The translations under genes and the position numbers were made by a program. Shown piece by piece: positions 39,973 to 48,965 of a stretch of DNA of 64,000 bases. How positions within the stretch are numbered: the stretch's first letter is position 1; each line of letters opens with the position of its first letter. A model generated the notes under the pieces. The model was given only the letters and a program-made list of their open reading frames with translations, did no database searches and was not told the origin of the DNA. The stretch is from Candidatus Micrarchaeota archaeon (GTDB lineage Archaea; Micrarchaeota; Micrarchaeia; Norongarragalinales; SBBD01): contig JBFYLP010000002.1 of NCBI GenBank assembly GCA_041305345.1, forward strand, positions 5,367-69,366, in the 5' to 3' direction.

Positions 39973-41061
39973 ATGGCAAAAAATTCCATGAATAAGGATC
40001 CGGTCAGGGTCCTCGACATCGATCCAAAAAAAATTAGGCCCCCATTTGCATTTGATATCGGAAGGGCTGTGGTCGCGCCTTATTCTCAAAATGGTTCAAA
40101 GAGCCTTAATATGCATCTTGCCCCGAAGAAGGATTTTGAAGGTTCAAATTTTTTTGTTACTGCAATTGTTGATGAGACACATCCAGATAAGGCAAACCCA
40201 AAAGCAAAATTGATGGTTCAAGGAGGCACGCAATATGGCTGCTCGGTTCGGAATTGCCCCGGATGCGCCTTCACAAGAGTCAAATTCCGCAGGGATTTGT
40301 CGGTTAGGGAAATTGTGGACAAATTCAGGCTGGCATTGTATGCCCATTCGACAATAAACGAACATTCGAAGGATAAGCGCATCTTGGACATCAAATTTAC
40401 CGATAATGGCGAGCCCCTAGAAACGCCAAATGTGACGCGGGCTTTGACTAGCTTATTGAAGCTTTTTGGCAAGGAGGGCAAAATATTAAGGTTCAAAATC
40501 AGCACAATTTTGAAAAATACGCCAACTACTAGGGGGACTTTCAAAAAAATCCTGGATTGGCAAAGGAGGAATATCGGGAAGGCGTCCATTCACCTCCAAA
40601 TTTCAAGGACATCGAATGATTCGAGCTTGATTCCGGGGCAAGAAGTAGCAATGATGATTCGGGACTGGTCGAAAGCAAATCCGGGGGACAAGGTATGCGT
40701 GACGCCCCACCTGATGAAAGGGTTTAGGGATAATAATCTAGAAAAATTTTATGCATCGCTTCTTCCCGTAAAATCCAAATTATTCATGAGGCTGGCAGTA
40801 ATTAAGCCCTCAGACAACAGGAAAACCAGTAGGATTCTGGACGGAGGCGAACTGGGGGAAATAAATGCAAAATTGGCGGGGATGGGGTTTGAGGTGGCTC
40901 CCCTTCCAACGGAAAATGACCAAATTTATAAAATGCAAATGCAAAGCGCGGGCACTCTTGCCCACAGGCCGAATGGAAAATTATTCGATCCAAAGAAGTA
41001 TAAGGTGCTGGAATATGGCGGCGCGGAAATAAACGAGCCAATTGAAAGGCGAAGGAAATAA
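39973..41061 (+). CDS. radical-SAM-like protein with non-canonical CX4CX2C cluster and GEPL motif
   Basis: YGCSVRNCPGCAF is a three-Cys cluster. NGEPLETPNV lies about 45 aa later, resembling the radical-SAM GGEPL SAM-binding motif. Confidence 0.45.
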   Translation: MAKNSMNKDPVRVLDIDPKKIRPPFAFDIGRAVVAPYSQNGSKSLNMHLAPKKDFEGSNFFVTAIVDETHPDKANPKAKLMVQGGTQYGCSVRNCPGCAFTRVKFRRDLSVREIVDKFRLALYAHSTINEHSKDKRILDIKFTDNGEPLETPNVTRALTSLLKLFGKEGKILRFKISTILKNTPTTRGTFKKILDWQRRNIGKASIHLQISRTSNDSSLIPGQEVAMMIRDWSKANPGDKVCVTPHLMKGFRDNNLEKFYASLLPVKSKLFMRLAVIKPSDNRKTSRILDGGELGEINAKLAGMGFEVAPLPTENDQIYKMQMQSAGTLAHRPNGKLFDPKKYKVLEYGGAEINEPIERRRK

Positions 41062-41069
41062 ATTAGACC

Positions 41070-42188
41070 TTAGACGACAAACCCAAACGCATCCTCCAAA
41101 AAGCCAAATCCCTTGCCCCTATCCCTGCCTTTCACGGAAAAATCCACGGCCTCCGAAAGGAATTCGAGGTATTTGAATTCGCCAAAGCCCCTCATCGTGA
41201 AGGGATGCGAGGAATATGCCTTGGCGAATAGCGAGTAGTTCTTCCCGTATACGTGCCACCGTCCGCCATCCGGGGTCTTCTCGATTTTGAGGTCCTTGAA
41301 CCTCAATGTGCGGTTCGCCTTGAAATCGAAATAATGCGCATTCGAAAATAGCCGGAATTTCCCCGGAATCAGGGGGTAATAAAGGGCGAAGAACTCGAAT
41401 ATCCCGCCGTCGGCAAAATAGAACCTTCCCCAATTCCAAGGAAGGAACGGAGATGTGATGATCACTTTTTGCACGTAGCATTTTCCTGAAAAATCCCTTC
41501 CCAGCATCTTTCCCTTGAAATCGAAATAAATGTTCACCAGCCCGTAGCCTATCTTATTTGCGAGCAGGTTTTGCATTTCATACGGAATGCCTTTTTCGGG
41601 CTTTTCCAATTTCAGCCCTATGGAAACCCCATTACGATGTGCCTTTTTTTGGCCCCTTTCCGTGAATTCAAGGTCGTAATTCGGATATTTCCCGGAGATG
41701 GCAAATTCCGATTGCTTCCCCCTGAATGAGAGCTCATTCCCCCTAGCATCCTTGACCAGGGTGGTTTTGACTGCGGAGTTTAACAGCAGCTTCTTGCTGC
41801 CATCGTAAAGCCATATCACCGCAGCGCAATTTGCAGGGCTGCTGGAATTCCCCGATCCTTTTACCTTGACCCGGTTGATATCCATTGTCATATTGGCCCT
41901 TCCGAAAGTCACGATCAATTGGTTGCCGGACTTTGGGTCCGTGAAGTGGAGGAACCAGTATTCCTTCCCAAGCGGCGGCAGGTCGATGAAATTGAAGAAG
42001 AACTCATCCGCGGCCGTGAAATTCCTAAAACCAAGGAGCCTATTGAGGGTGGAAAAGTTTTTTGTGATCGTATCGAACGCCTGGTCCGAGGCAATCCTTT
42101 GAAGGTGCGTTAGCTGGGGCATTTTCTTATCATAGTGCCTAAGCCATTTCCTGGACGCCCAAACAGCCCTTTTGAGATTCTCCTCCAT
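41070..42188 (-). CDS. hypothetical aromatic-rich (likely beta-rich) protein
   Basis: Long ORF rich in F/Y/W/G. Start placed at the internal ATG (MEENLKRAV) to leave a divergent promoter gap. The table ORF extends to 42278. Confidence 0.4.
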   Translation of the reverse strand: MEENLKRAVWASRKWLRHYDKKMPQLTHLQRIASDQAFDTITKNFSTLNRLLGFRNFTAADEFFFNFIDLPPLGKEYWFLHFTDPKSGNQLIVTFGRANMTMDINRVKVKGSGNSSSPANCAAVIWLYDGSKKLLLNSAVKTTLVKDARGNELSFRGKQSEFAISGKYPNYDLEFTERGQKKAHRNGVSIGLKLEKPEKGIPYEMQNLLANKIGYGLVNIYFDFKGKMLGRDFSGKCYVQKVIITSPFLPWNWGRFYFADGGIFEFFALYYPLIPGKFRLFSNAHYFDFKANRTLRFKDLKIEKTPDGGRWHVYGKNYSLFAKAYSSHPFTMRGFGEFKYLEFLSEAVDFSVKGRDRGKGFGFLEDAFGFVV

Positions 42189-42298
42189 TTCCCTAAAGGA
42201 GGAGGGCAATATTCTCATACTCACCACAAACGCCAAACATTGAATATGGAGACGGCATTTAAATACGTAATCGCCCAAATATTGCCCGGTGGGAGTGA

Positions 42299-43249
42299 AT
42301 GCTTGGCATTACCATTGGCATATTTGGTGAGGATGCGCAGGAAAGGAAGGCAATTGCGGAAGCGCTGGCAAAAAAAAGCACCCCAGAGGACATCACGCTT
42401 TACCAGACCGTGTATTCCGGTAAAATAGTTACCGCAATCGACCCGACCAGATTCCCCGAAAAAATCGATCCCATAATTTTTACCGCCTACCTTTGCGACT
42501 ATTGCATCATCCAAGCAAGCAGCCTTAGCCCAAGATTGGGCGAAATGATAGTCACTTTGGATCTGCTTGGGAAAAATCAAGGCTGCATTATCTCGAACCT
42601 GGATCTAAAGCCTCTTGTGAAGGGCACTAGCCTTGAAAATTTCGAGTGCTTTGGCTCATTTTTAGAAGCGAGGGAAAAAATCCTATCTTTTGAGGCAAAT
42701 AGGGACCCTTCCAAACCGGTATTCGGCTCTATCGACCATTCATTCGAGGTGAAGGGCGTAGGAAGCATCCTGCTTGGGTTCCTGCACGCGGGCAAAATAC
42801 AAGTCCACGACAGGCTCAGGGTGCATCCATCCGGAAAGGAGATGGAAATCCGAAGCATCCAAATCCACGACGAGGATGTGCCTAAGGCAACCGCGGGCGA
42901 TAGGTTCGGGCTTTCCATAAAGCTACTTGCCAGCAGGGATGTTGGGCGGGGGAACATCATATCCGGTTTGCAAAACAACCTGTTGACCGAAAATGCTCCT
43001 GAATTCTCGGTTGAATTGAGCGGATTCTCCAAGATTCCCCTGAAGGATGGGGAGCAGGTCCACGCATTCCATTTCCTCGAGGATGCGCCATGCAGATGGG
43101 CCGGCGGTGAAATCGCCGGAGGGAAAACAGGAAGGGGAAAACTGATTTTTGATAAGCCGTTTAGCTTCAATCCCCTGCACCCCATCATTTTGGCAAGGCT
43201 GGATTCGAAGGGACTGCGGCCGATCGGGCGAGCCACGCCATCGCAATAA
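42299..43249 (+). CDS. EF-Tu/aIF2-gamma-like protein with degenerate G domain and intact beta-barrel domain II (pseudo-GTPase)
   Basis: Domain II-like VFGSIDHSFEVKGVGSILLGFLHAGKIQVHDRLRVHP...IRSIQIHDEDVPKATAGDRFGLSIK. The N-terminal GIFGEDAQERKAIAEAL sits where the P-loop should be. No GxxxxGK[ST], DxxG or NKxD motifs. Confidence 0.5.
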   Translation: MLGITIGIFGEDAQERKAIAEALAKKSTPEDITLYQTVYSGKIVTAIDPTRFPEKIDPIIFTAYLCDYCIIQASSLSPRLGEMIVTLDLLGKNQGCIISNLDLKPLVKGTSLENFECFGSFLEAREKILSFEANRDPSKPVFGSIDHSFEVKGVGSILLGFLHAGKIQVHDRLRVHPSGKEMEIRSIQIHDEDVPKATAGDRFGLSIKLLASRDVGRGNIISGLQNNLLTENAPEFSVELSGFSKIPLKDGEQVHAFHFLEDAPCRWAGGEIAGGKTGRGKLIFDKPFSFNPLHPIILARLDSKGLRPIGRATPSQ

Positions 43250-43277
43250 TTTATAAGGAGAATCGGATAAGGTTCGT

Positions 43278-44522
43278 ATGGCTACAGAGCACGTACTAAT
43301 AGGGTTAATTGGCCTTACGATTTTCGTTGGCTACCTTTCCTCCGTTTTTTTCGACAAGACAAAGATCCCTGACGTGCTTTTGCTGATCCTGATGGGGATG
43401 ATTCTTGGGCCCGTCACCAACATCATCAACGGCACGCTGCTAATTGAGCTTGCCCCATTGATTGGGACCATTGCCCTTATCATCATAGTATTCGATGGGA
43501 GCACGAAGCTGAACTTCTTCGAGGTGCTAGACGAGCTTCCGGAAAGCATGTGGTTCACATTGCTTGTCTGCATCCTAACCGCCGCCTCGGTTGCCATCGC
43601 CTACCTTCTGACCTGGGCAGATGCCACTTTGATCCAGGGGCTGCTCCTTGGAATTGTGGTTGCAGGCACGAGTTATGAGATAATCGTGCCCCTGGTTGCC
43701 AAACTCACCGTAAAGGACAAAGTGAAGACGCTGCTCAATCTCGAATCCGCCCTTAATGACGTCATAACGATAGTTGCGCTGGTCGTACTGCTCAGTTACA
43801 TTTCGCCCTCCATCCAAACAAAGGTCAATCCCATCCAATTCTTCATCAGCACGTTTTCAATAGCGATATTCCTTGGCATAATTTCCGGGATTTTCTGGGT
43901 CAAGGTGCTCCAGAACTACAAGGGCAAGCCCTTTGAATACCTGCTCACCCTTGCGTTCGTTTTCCTCCTGTTTTCCGTTACGCAGGCATTCGATGGAAAT
44001 GGGATTACCGCAGTTTTGGTTTTCGGGCTTCTGCTTGGCAATTCGGATGCGATAGCAAGGCTCCTTAAGATAAAGGAGGAGCTTGGGCTTGACCCTGCCA
44101 TCACAAGATTCAACGCAGAAATAAGCTTTTTCGTTAGGACAATGTTTTTCGTGTATATGGGTATTGTGTTCATCGTTGACCAAAACGACCTGCTTCCCCT
44201 GTTGATCGGCGCATTCGTGGTTTTCCTTGCAGTCCTCATTGCAAGGATCGTGGCGGTCAAGGTACTGGTTAGGATGAATCCTTCAATTGGCGATTCGGAA
44301 ATCATCATAATGGCCATGCTTCCGCGCGGTTTGGCAACTGCCGTGCTTGCATCGCTTCCCCTTACGTATAAGGTCGATTTCCCCGCCATTGTCCAGATAG
44401 TGCTCGTTTTTATGCTAATCACGAACATCTTTGCTACAATCGCAGCTTACTATTTTGAAACCCAGGTAGCGCACCCTTCAAAAACCCAGGTGCCTGCCCC
44501 AGCCAAGGAGAAGAAGGAATAG
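43278..44522 (+). CDS. Na+/H+ antiporter, CPA1 (NhaP-type)
   Basis: About 12 TM segments. IIVFDGS and ESALNDVITIV motifs are typical of NhaP exchangers. Confidence 0.8.
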   Translation: MATEHVLIGLIGLTIFVGYLSSVFFDKTKIPDVLLLILMGMILGPVTNIINGTLLIELAPLIGTIALIIIVFDGSTKLNFFEVLDELPESMWFTLLVCILTAASVAIAYLLTWADATLIQGLLLGIVVAGTSYEIIVPLVAKLTVKDKVKTLLNLESALNDVITIVALVVLLSYISPSIQTKVNPIQFFISTFSIAIFLGIISGIFWVKVLQNYKGKPFEYLLTLAFVFLLFSVTQAFDGNGITAVLVFGLLLGNSDAIARLLKIKEELGLDPAITRFNAEISFFVRTMFFVYMGIVFIVDQNDLLPLLIGAFVVFLAVLIARIVAVKVLVRMNPSIGDSEIIIMAMLPRGLATAVLASLPLTYKVDFPAIVQIVLVFMLITNIFATIAAYYFETQVAHPSKTQVPAPAKEKKE

Positions 44523-44544
44523 CAGGATACTAGCCATCAAGTTC

Positions 44545-44575
44545 CCCTTTTTGGGAGAAAAGGGAATAGGCGGAA
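44545..44575 (+). terminator. T5 tract within an imperfect hairpin downstream of the antiporter
   Basis: tcccctttttgggagaaaaggga. Confidence 0.25.
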
Positions 44576-44645
44576 TCGCGCTTCCATTTTCCCTTAATAA
44601 ATCCCAAATGCTTATATTCGTTAAATTCCGGTAGTTACCCCGCGA

Positions 44646-45446
44646 ATGATTATGAGAAACAGATCGGCCGACAATTTCGTGCTTGCGGGGATTTTAGCCC
44701 TTGGAATACTCATTGGGCTTTTCGGTTACTCCATCCTTTTCCCTCCAAGCATTGTTGAGAGGGTGTACTATGAGGGAGCCAACGGCACCGTAACCGTGAC
44801 CACAAGGCCCCTCTCCTTCACCGAGGTTTACAATTCCAAAATACCCGTCCTGGCCGTTAAGAGCGATGACAATTCCGGGATCATAAGCTATGCAAACATC
44901 GAATTACGGTCCGGCAGGGGCCGCGTGCTCATCAATACGAATCCGTTCGTTGAGCCCGACACGCAGTTTTCAGCTGAAACCGCAATCAATATTGCAGAAA
45001 AGGCAACCGGCGAGGATTTGGGGCAGAAGGACATCATACTTACTTTTGAGGCGAACACCACCCTCGTTGGCGGGCCTTCCGCAGGGGGCGCAATTACCAT
45101 CGCGACCATAGCTGCAATCCGGAATACGAGGCTTGATCCGTCAATTGCAATTACCGGAACAATCGAGGAGGATGGTTCGATTGGCCAGGTGGGCGGCGTG
45201 CTTGAGAAGGCGCAGGCAGCATCTGAGGGCGGAATTCGGCTTTTCCTCGTCCCAAAGGGCATGACTAACCTCGTGTACTACGAAAAGCAGGTAAGCGAAA
45301 GGCGGATGGGCCCGTTCTCCATCCAGGAGATAAGCTATGTGCCAAGGACCCTTAACCTCAAGGAATATGCGGCTGATAAGTGGGGTTTGGAGGTCCGGGA
45401 AGTGTCAGACATAGCGCAGGCAATGGCCGCATTTGGCCTTTCCTGA
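44646..45446 (+). CDS. membrane-anchored Lon-like S16 peptidase domain protein (no AAA+ module)
   Basis: N-terminal TM. GGPSAGGAITIATIAA gives the Lon catalytic Ser in GPSAG. GGVLEKAQAA supplies the catalytic Lys. Confidence 0.65.
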   Translation: MIMRNRSADNFVLAGILALGILIGLFGYSILFPPSIVERVYYEGANGTVTVTTRPLSFTEVYNSKIPVLAVKSDDNSGIISYANIELRSGRGRVLINTNPFVEPDTQFSAETAINIAEKATGEDLGQKDIILTFEANTTLVGGPSAGGAITIATIAAIRNTRLDPSIAITGTIEEDGSIGQVGGVLEKAQAASEGGIRLFLVPKGMTNLVYYEKQVSERRMGPFSIQEISYVPRTLNLKEYAADKWGLEVREVSDIAQAMAAFGLS

Positions 45447-45454
45447 ACCTTTCA

Positions 45455-45712
45455 TCAGATCAGTTTTTCCCCGGTTTCCTTGTTGGTTATGTGGATGACC
45501 TTCACGGGGCAGCCGTCCGCTGCCTGCTTCATCGCCTCAAAATCCGCCTCATCAATCTCCTTCTCGTAAATTTCCGAACTTCCCTGCTTCTTCCCTTCAA
45601 TGAGGTTGACCTTGCCGTCATCGGCCATCTTCCAATGCTTTGGGCAGACGGCATCGCAAACAGCGGCTCCGATGCATCCTTCCCTGTCAAATTCAATCTT
45701 GTATTTTCCCAT
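45455..45712 (-). CDS. single-cluster ferredoxin (Fer4_13-like)
   Basis: IEFDREGCIGAAVCDAVCP...ADGCPVKVI fits the CxxGxxxCxxxCP...CP pattern. Confidence 0.6.
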   Translation of the reverse strand: MGKYKIEFDREGCIGAAVCDAVCPKHWKMADDGKVNLIEGKKQGSSEIYEKEIDEADFEAMKQAADGCPVKVIHITNKETGEKLI

Positions 45713-45969
45713 AAGCTCTCACCCAATTCGCGTTTTTTGACGCTTGCAGTTTTATTAAGCTTTTCGGAAGTTCCTCAAGCGGGCAATCATGGGGCTGGAC
45801 GGGCGGCTTTGCGCATTTTTGGATTTGGCAAGCAATTCCTTGGAAAGAGGCATCGTTCATTCGCCGTAATAAAACTGCATTCCCATGTCCGTTCAACTGC
45901 CCTTTGTCAAGCCCCAAAGAATTTTAAATGATGGAAGCATAGTAATCGCTTGCGTATGGGTGGTAAATA

Positions 45970-47211
45970 ATGAAACTCCAAGTTCTAATCGGCATCGCAT
46001 TCGTTCTACTGGCAGGATGTGTCCAGATCGATTCGAATAAGGCGACTCCGACGCCGCAAGTGATATACGTGAATGCATCGCCACAAGTCATAGTGACCGT
46101 TGTCCCTTCGGCAGTACCCGTCGTGACCGAAAAAATCGTTTACCCCTCCGCTTCCAAAATCCCCTATGAGGAAAGGAAAGGCGGGCTGACCGACCTTGGC
46201 CTTCGGGAGGAATACGTTCCTTTTGACATCTCCAACGCCGCAAATGCCGATTACCACCACAATCCTTACCTGATCCTAAACACGATAGGGAAGAATTATT
46301 TCCCGGATTTGCAGGAGGGCAACCTCTATTGGGGTAAGGTGCCTTTCCACATCCTTGGCGATTACGACACTGCTAGGAAATGGAGCGTGCTAACTACTGC
46401 AAGCGAGGATTTCTATTCCGCTTCATTCCTGACCTCAAGAACGCGTATCACGGAAATTTATTTCCTCGTTTCGGGCTCCTTCAGGAAAGGAGACCGCCGC
46501 ATCCTTGGCGAGATCAAGCTCAACTACGGGGATGGCGACATACAGACAATCAACGTGGTATCGAACGAGAACGTATGGAATTACGAACCCGACGCGGAAT
46601 TCCCAATCCCTTTAGAGAAAATCGCCTGGCAGTACAACGGAACGAATGGAACGCAGACGCTAACGCTCATTGGGGAGAAACTAACGCGGCCCCTAACCCC
46701 AATAAGCGCCGTAACCATAAAGCGCACAGCTACCGGGGAGAATGGTTTCACGCTGTTTGCAGCAACCGGCGTCCAGAAGTTTAGGACCAAGCGGCTTTTA
46801 TTCACCCAAACCGAATTCCAAGAGGAAGGGTATAACCGGGTTTTTTCAACAACGCTGACAGCCGGCGCAATGATCAACTACGATGATTCGGGCGGTGTAC
46901 GAGTCTACCGCCCAGAGGGCGTGTTCGAATCGCCAGTCATAGACGGCGAGACCGAGCTTGTCAATTGGAAGAGGATTTCTTGGGACGCCGACCAATACCC
47001 TGGAACAACGGTCAAATTCCAATATAGGACGGGAAATACGGTCCAGATTGATGGCAGGTGGACCGAGTGGGAGGACGTACAGAACAATGCGGATATTCCA
47101 AAGGATGGGATGTTCCTCCAATGGAGGGCGCTGATGACGACCTCAGACAGCGCAAGGTCCCCGCTCCTGAAGGAACTAGTGCTCGAGTACGAGAACCCGC
47201 TCACAAGCTGA
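45970..47211 (+). CDS. secreted protein or lipoprotein (lipobox LAGC), beta-rich
   Basis: Signal MKLQVLIGIAFVLLAGC, a PT-rich linker, then a Tyr/Trp/Asn-rich domain. Confidence 0.5.
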   Translation: MKLQVLIGIAFVLLAGCVQIDSNKATPTPQVIYVNASPQVIVTVVPSAVPVVTEKIVYPSASKIPYEERKGGLTDLGLREEYVPFDISNAANADYHHNPYLILNTIGKNYFPDLQEGNLYWGKVPFHILGDYDTARKWSVLTTASEDFYSASFLTSRTRITEIYFLVSGSFRKGDRRILGEIKLNYGDGDIQTINVVSNENVWNYEPDAEFPIPLEKIAWQYNGTNGTQTLTLIGEKLTRPLTPISAVTIKRTATGENGFTLFAATGVQKFRTKRLLFTQTEFQEEGYNRVFSTTLTAGAMINYDDSGGVRVYRPEGVFESPVIDGETELVNWKRISWDADQYPGTTVKFQYRTGNTVQIDGRWTEWEDVQNNADIPKDGMFLQWRALMTTSDSARSPLLKELVLEYENPLTS

Positions 47212-47292
47212 CCCTGAGGTTTAGGTAAACCTAACATTTAAATACTTCCAGGCATCTAAATAATTCAACATTTAATTTAAGGGTGAAATGAA

Positions 47293-47961
47293 ATGAAATC
47301 CACGATGGTTGCAATAATTGGAAGCGATTCCGACTCTTCGGACATCCTATATCGCGGGTTGCGTGAATTTTCTTCAGACAAGGTGGTCCTGCTATCAGAA
47401 GCTTCCAATTTGGATGCTGTTGGCAAGATCAGGAAGGACCTGGAAAAATTGAAGGTCCCGGTCGTATCCGAAACCATTGAAAAGCGTACCTCGATGGAGG
47501 AGGTTTTTTCCAGATTGGCAAGGATTCGGGATAGGGAAGTTGGAAATAAGTTAATTGTCAATGTGGATACGGATTACCTCTCCTCGTGCATCGCGCTTTC
47601 CGCTGCTTTTGTGAACGGCGTGCAGGCAATAGGCGTTAATGATGAGAAGGTCATCGCATACCCCATAATGAAATTCTCCTATTATAGCGCGCTCTCGGAC
47701 AAGAAGATGATGCTCTTGCGTACGATTTCGAAACAGGGGCAGTTTGATTCGCTCGAAGCGCTCTCGCAGGAGGTTGGGATGAGCCTTCCGCTGATAACCT
47801 ACCACGTCAGGGGGGCAAGGGAAAAGCCCGGATTGGAGGAACTTGGCCTTATCGAAACCCGGCGGAATCGGGGGAAGATCATAACCACCCTCTCCCCTCT
47901 TGGCAAACTTATAGTGAATGGGATGGTGGAGGTCAAGCAAACCGACAAGAAGAAGAGATGA
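47293..47961 (+). CDS. Csa3-like transcriptional regulator (N-terminal CARF-like Rossmann domain plus C-terminal winged HTH)
   Basis: N-terminus MVAIIGSDSDSSDILYRGL...DKVVLLSE...LIVNVDTDYLSSCIALSAAFVNG. C-terminus MMLLRTISKQGQFDSLEALSQEVGMSLPLITYHVR...LEELGLIETRRNRGKI. Recalled layout and spacing match Sulfolobus Csa3. Confidence 0.5.
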   Translation: MKSTMVAIIGSDSDSSDILYRGLREFSSDKVVLLSEASNLDAVGKIRKDLEKLKVPVVSETIEKRTSMEEVFSRLARIRDREVGNKLIVNVDTDYLSSCIALSAAFVNGVQAIGVNDEKVIAYPIMKFSYYSALSDKKMMLLRTISKQGQFDSLEALSQEVGMSLPLITYHVRGAREKPGLEELGLIETRRNRGKIITTLSPLGKLIVNGMVEVKQTDKKKR

Positions 47962-47983
47962 TGAACCCTGTGATGAAGAACTC

Positions 47984-48790
47984 TCATGCATGAATTTGCC
48001 GTTTTTGAATGTTCCGATAATCCTCATTTAACCTTGGCTGGAATTTGTTCAAGACAGCAAGCAGCCTTTCCCTTTCGATCATTGGATACCTAGGGCTTTC
48101 GATCGCTTTCCGAAACACATCGAGCCTCCTGGAATACTTGCCCAGTGCTTTGAGCTGCTGCTTGATTGGGAGGTTTTTCAGCGTATCCCTGTTGTCTTCG
48201 ATGTCAAAAAGCTTGACAAAAAGGGTTCCTGCGGGCGCGGATAGGATGCGCCTTATGTAGGCCATCTCTTTCATAGCAGTTGATTCTTCATCCTTGCTGC
48301 CTGCCTCTTTGTGATAATCTGGATCCTCGGGCAGAACGATCTTTTTATTTACTACTTTGGGTTCCGATAGGAGGGCGACCTGCCGGGCCAATTCCGTGTC
48401 GGACAATACTTTCTCCAAATATTCGTGTGTCACGCGTTTCCTGCCCGACCTTTCAGGATATGCCCCTTCCTCGATAAGGTCGTGCAGGTAAGCCAGTTTT
48501 ATTTCCCCAAGGTTGCCACCATTCATGGCTGTAAGCATTGCCACCCTGTCGGGATGCCTCGCGTAAAGGGTCCGGTTGTCGCGCATTTGATTCCCGTGCA
48601 GATCGTAGCAATGCTTCCTATGCTCCAGTAGGATATGCACTTCCGCAATGGTTATTCCGTGGTTTTTCGAGAGGTGGAAGAGTGTTTTTTCCAAAAAGCG
48701 CGATTTGGGGAATTTGTTTATGCCAATGAACTGGCGTACCTCCATGATTTTATTGAATCTATATTTTTCAACGTTTTCCCCTCGATTCAT
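47984..48790 (-). CDS. HD-domain phosphohydrolase, RelA/SpoT-type (p)ppGpp-hydrolase-like (small alarmone hydrolase/Mesh1-like)
   Basis: HPDRVAMLTAMNGGNLGEIKLAYLHDLIEEG matches HP..VA.IL....D...I.AALLHDVIED. LFVKLFDIEDNRDTLKNL matches LIKLADRLHNMRTL. Confidence 0.55.
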   Translation of the reverse strand: MNRGENVEKYRFNKIMEVRQFIGINKFPKSRFLEKTLFHLSKNHGITIAEVHILLEHRKHCYDLHGNQMRDNRTLYARHPDRVAMLTAMNGGNLGEIKLAYLHDLIEEGAYPERSGRKRVTHEYLEKVLSDTELARQVALLSEPKVVNKKIVLPEDPDYHKEAGSKDEESTAMKEMAYIRRILSAPAGTLFVKLFDIEDNRDTLKNLPIKQQLKALGKYSRRLDVFRKAIESPRYPMIERERLLAVLNKFQPRLNEDYRNIQKRQIHA

Positions 48791-48965
48791 TTTTTAAACG
48801 ACCTTGTTTTCAGCTTCCAGATACCTTTTAATTCATTGCAAGTATTTAAATTTAGGCATTGGTTTACGTGTGATTGTGATCTGCAGAAAGGTCAAAGCTC
48901 GGAAAAAGTGCCACATTTCATTTGCGCATATTGGGGTTAAATACAATAAAAAGAGGGGGGGACGA

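Noticed and set aside
48804-48965. 54-aa N-terminal extension of the aminotransferase ORF
   Set aside because: The extension is Cys/His/Lys-rich junk. The ATG at 48966 has a G7 SD-like tract and aligns with typical AAT N-termini.
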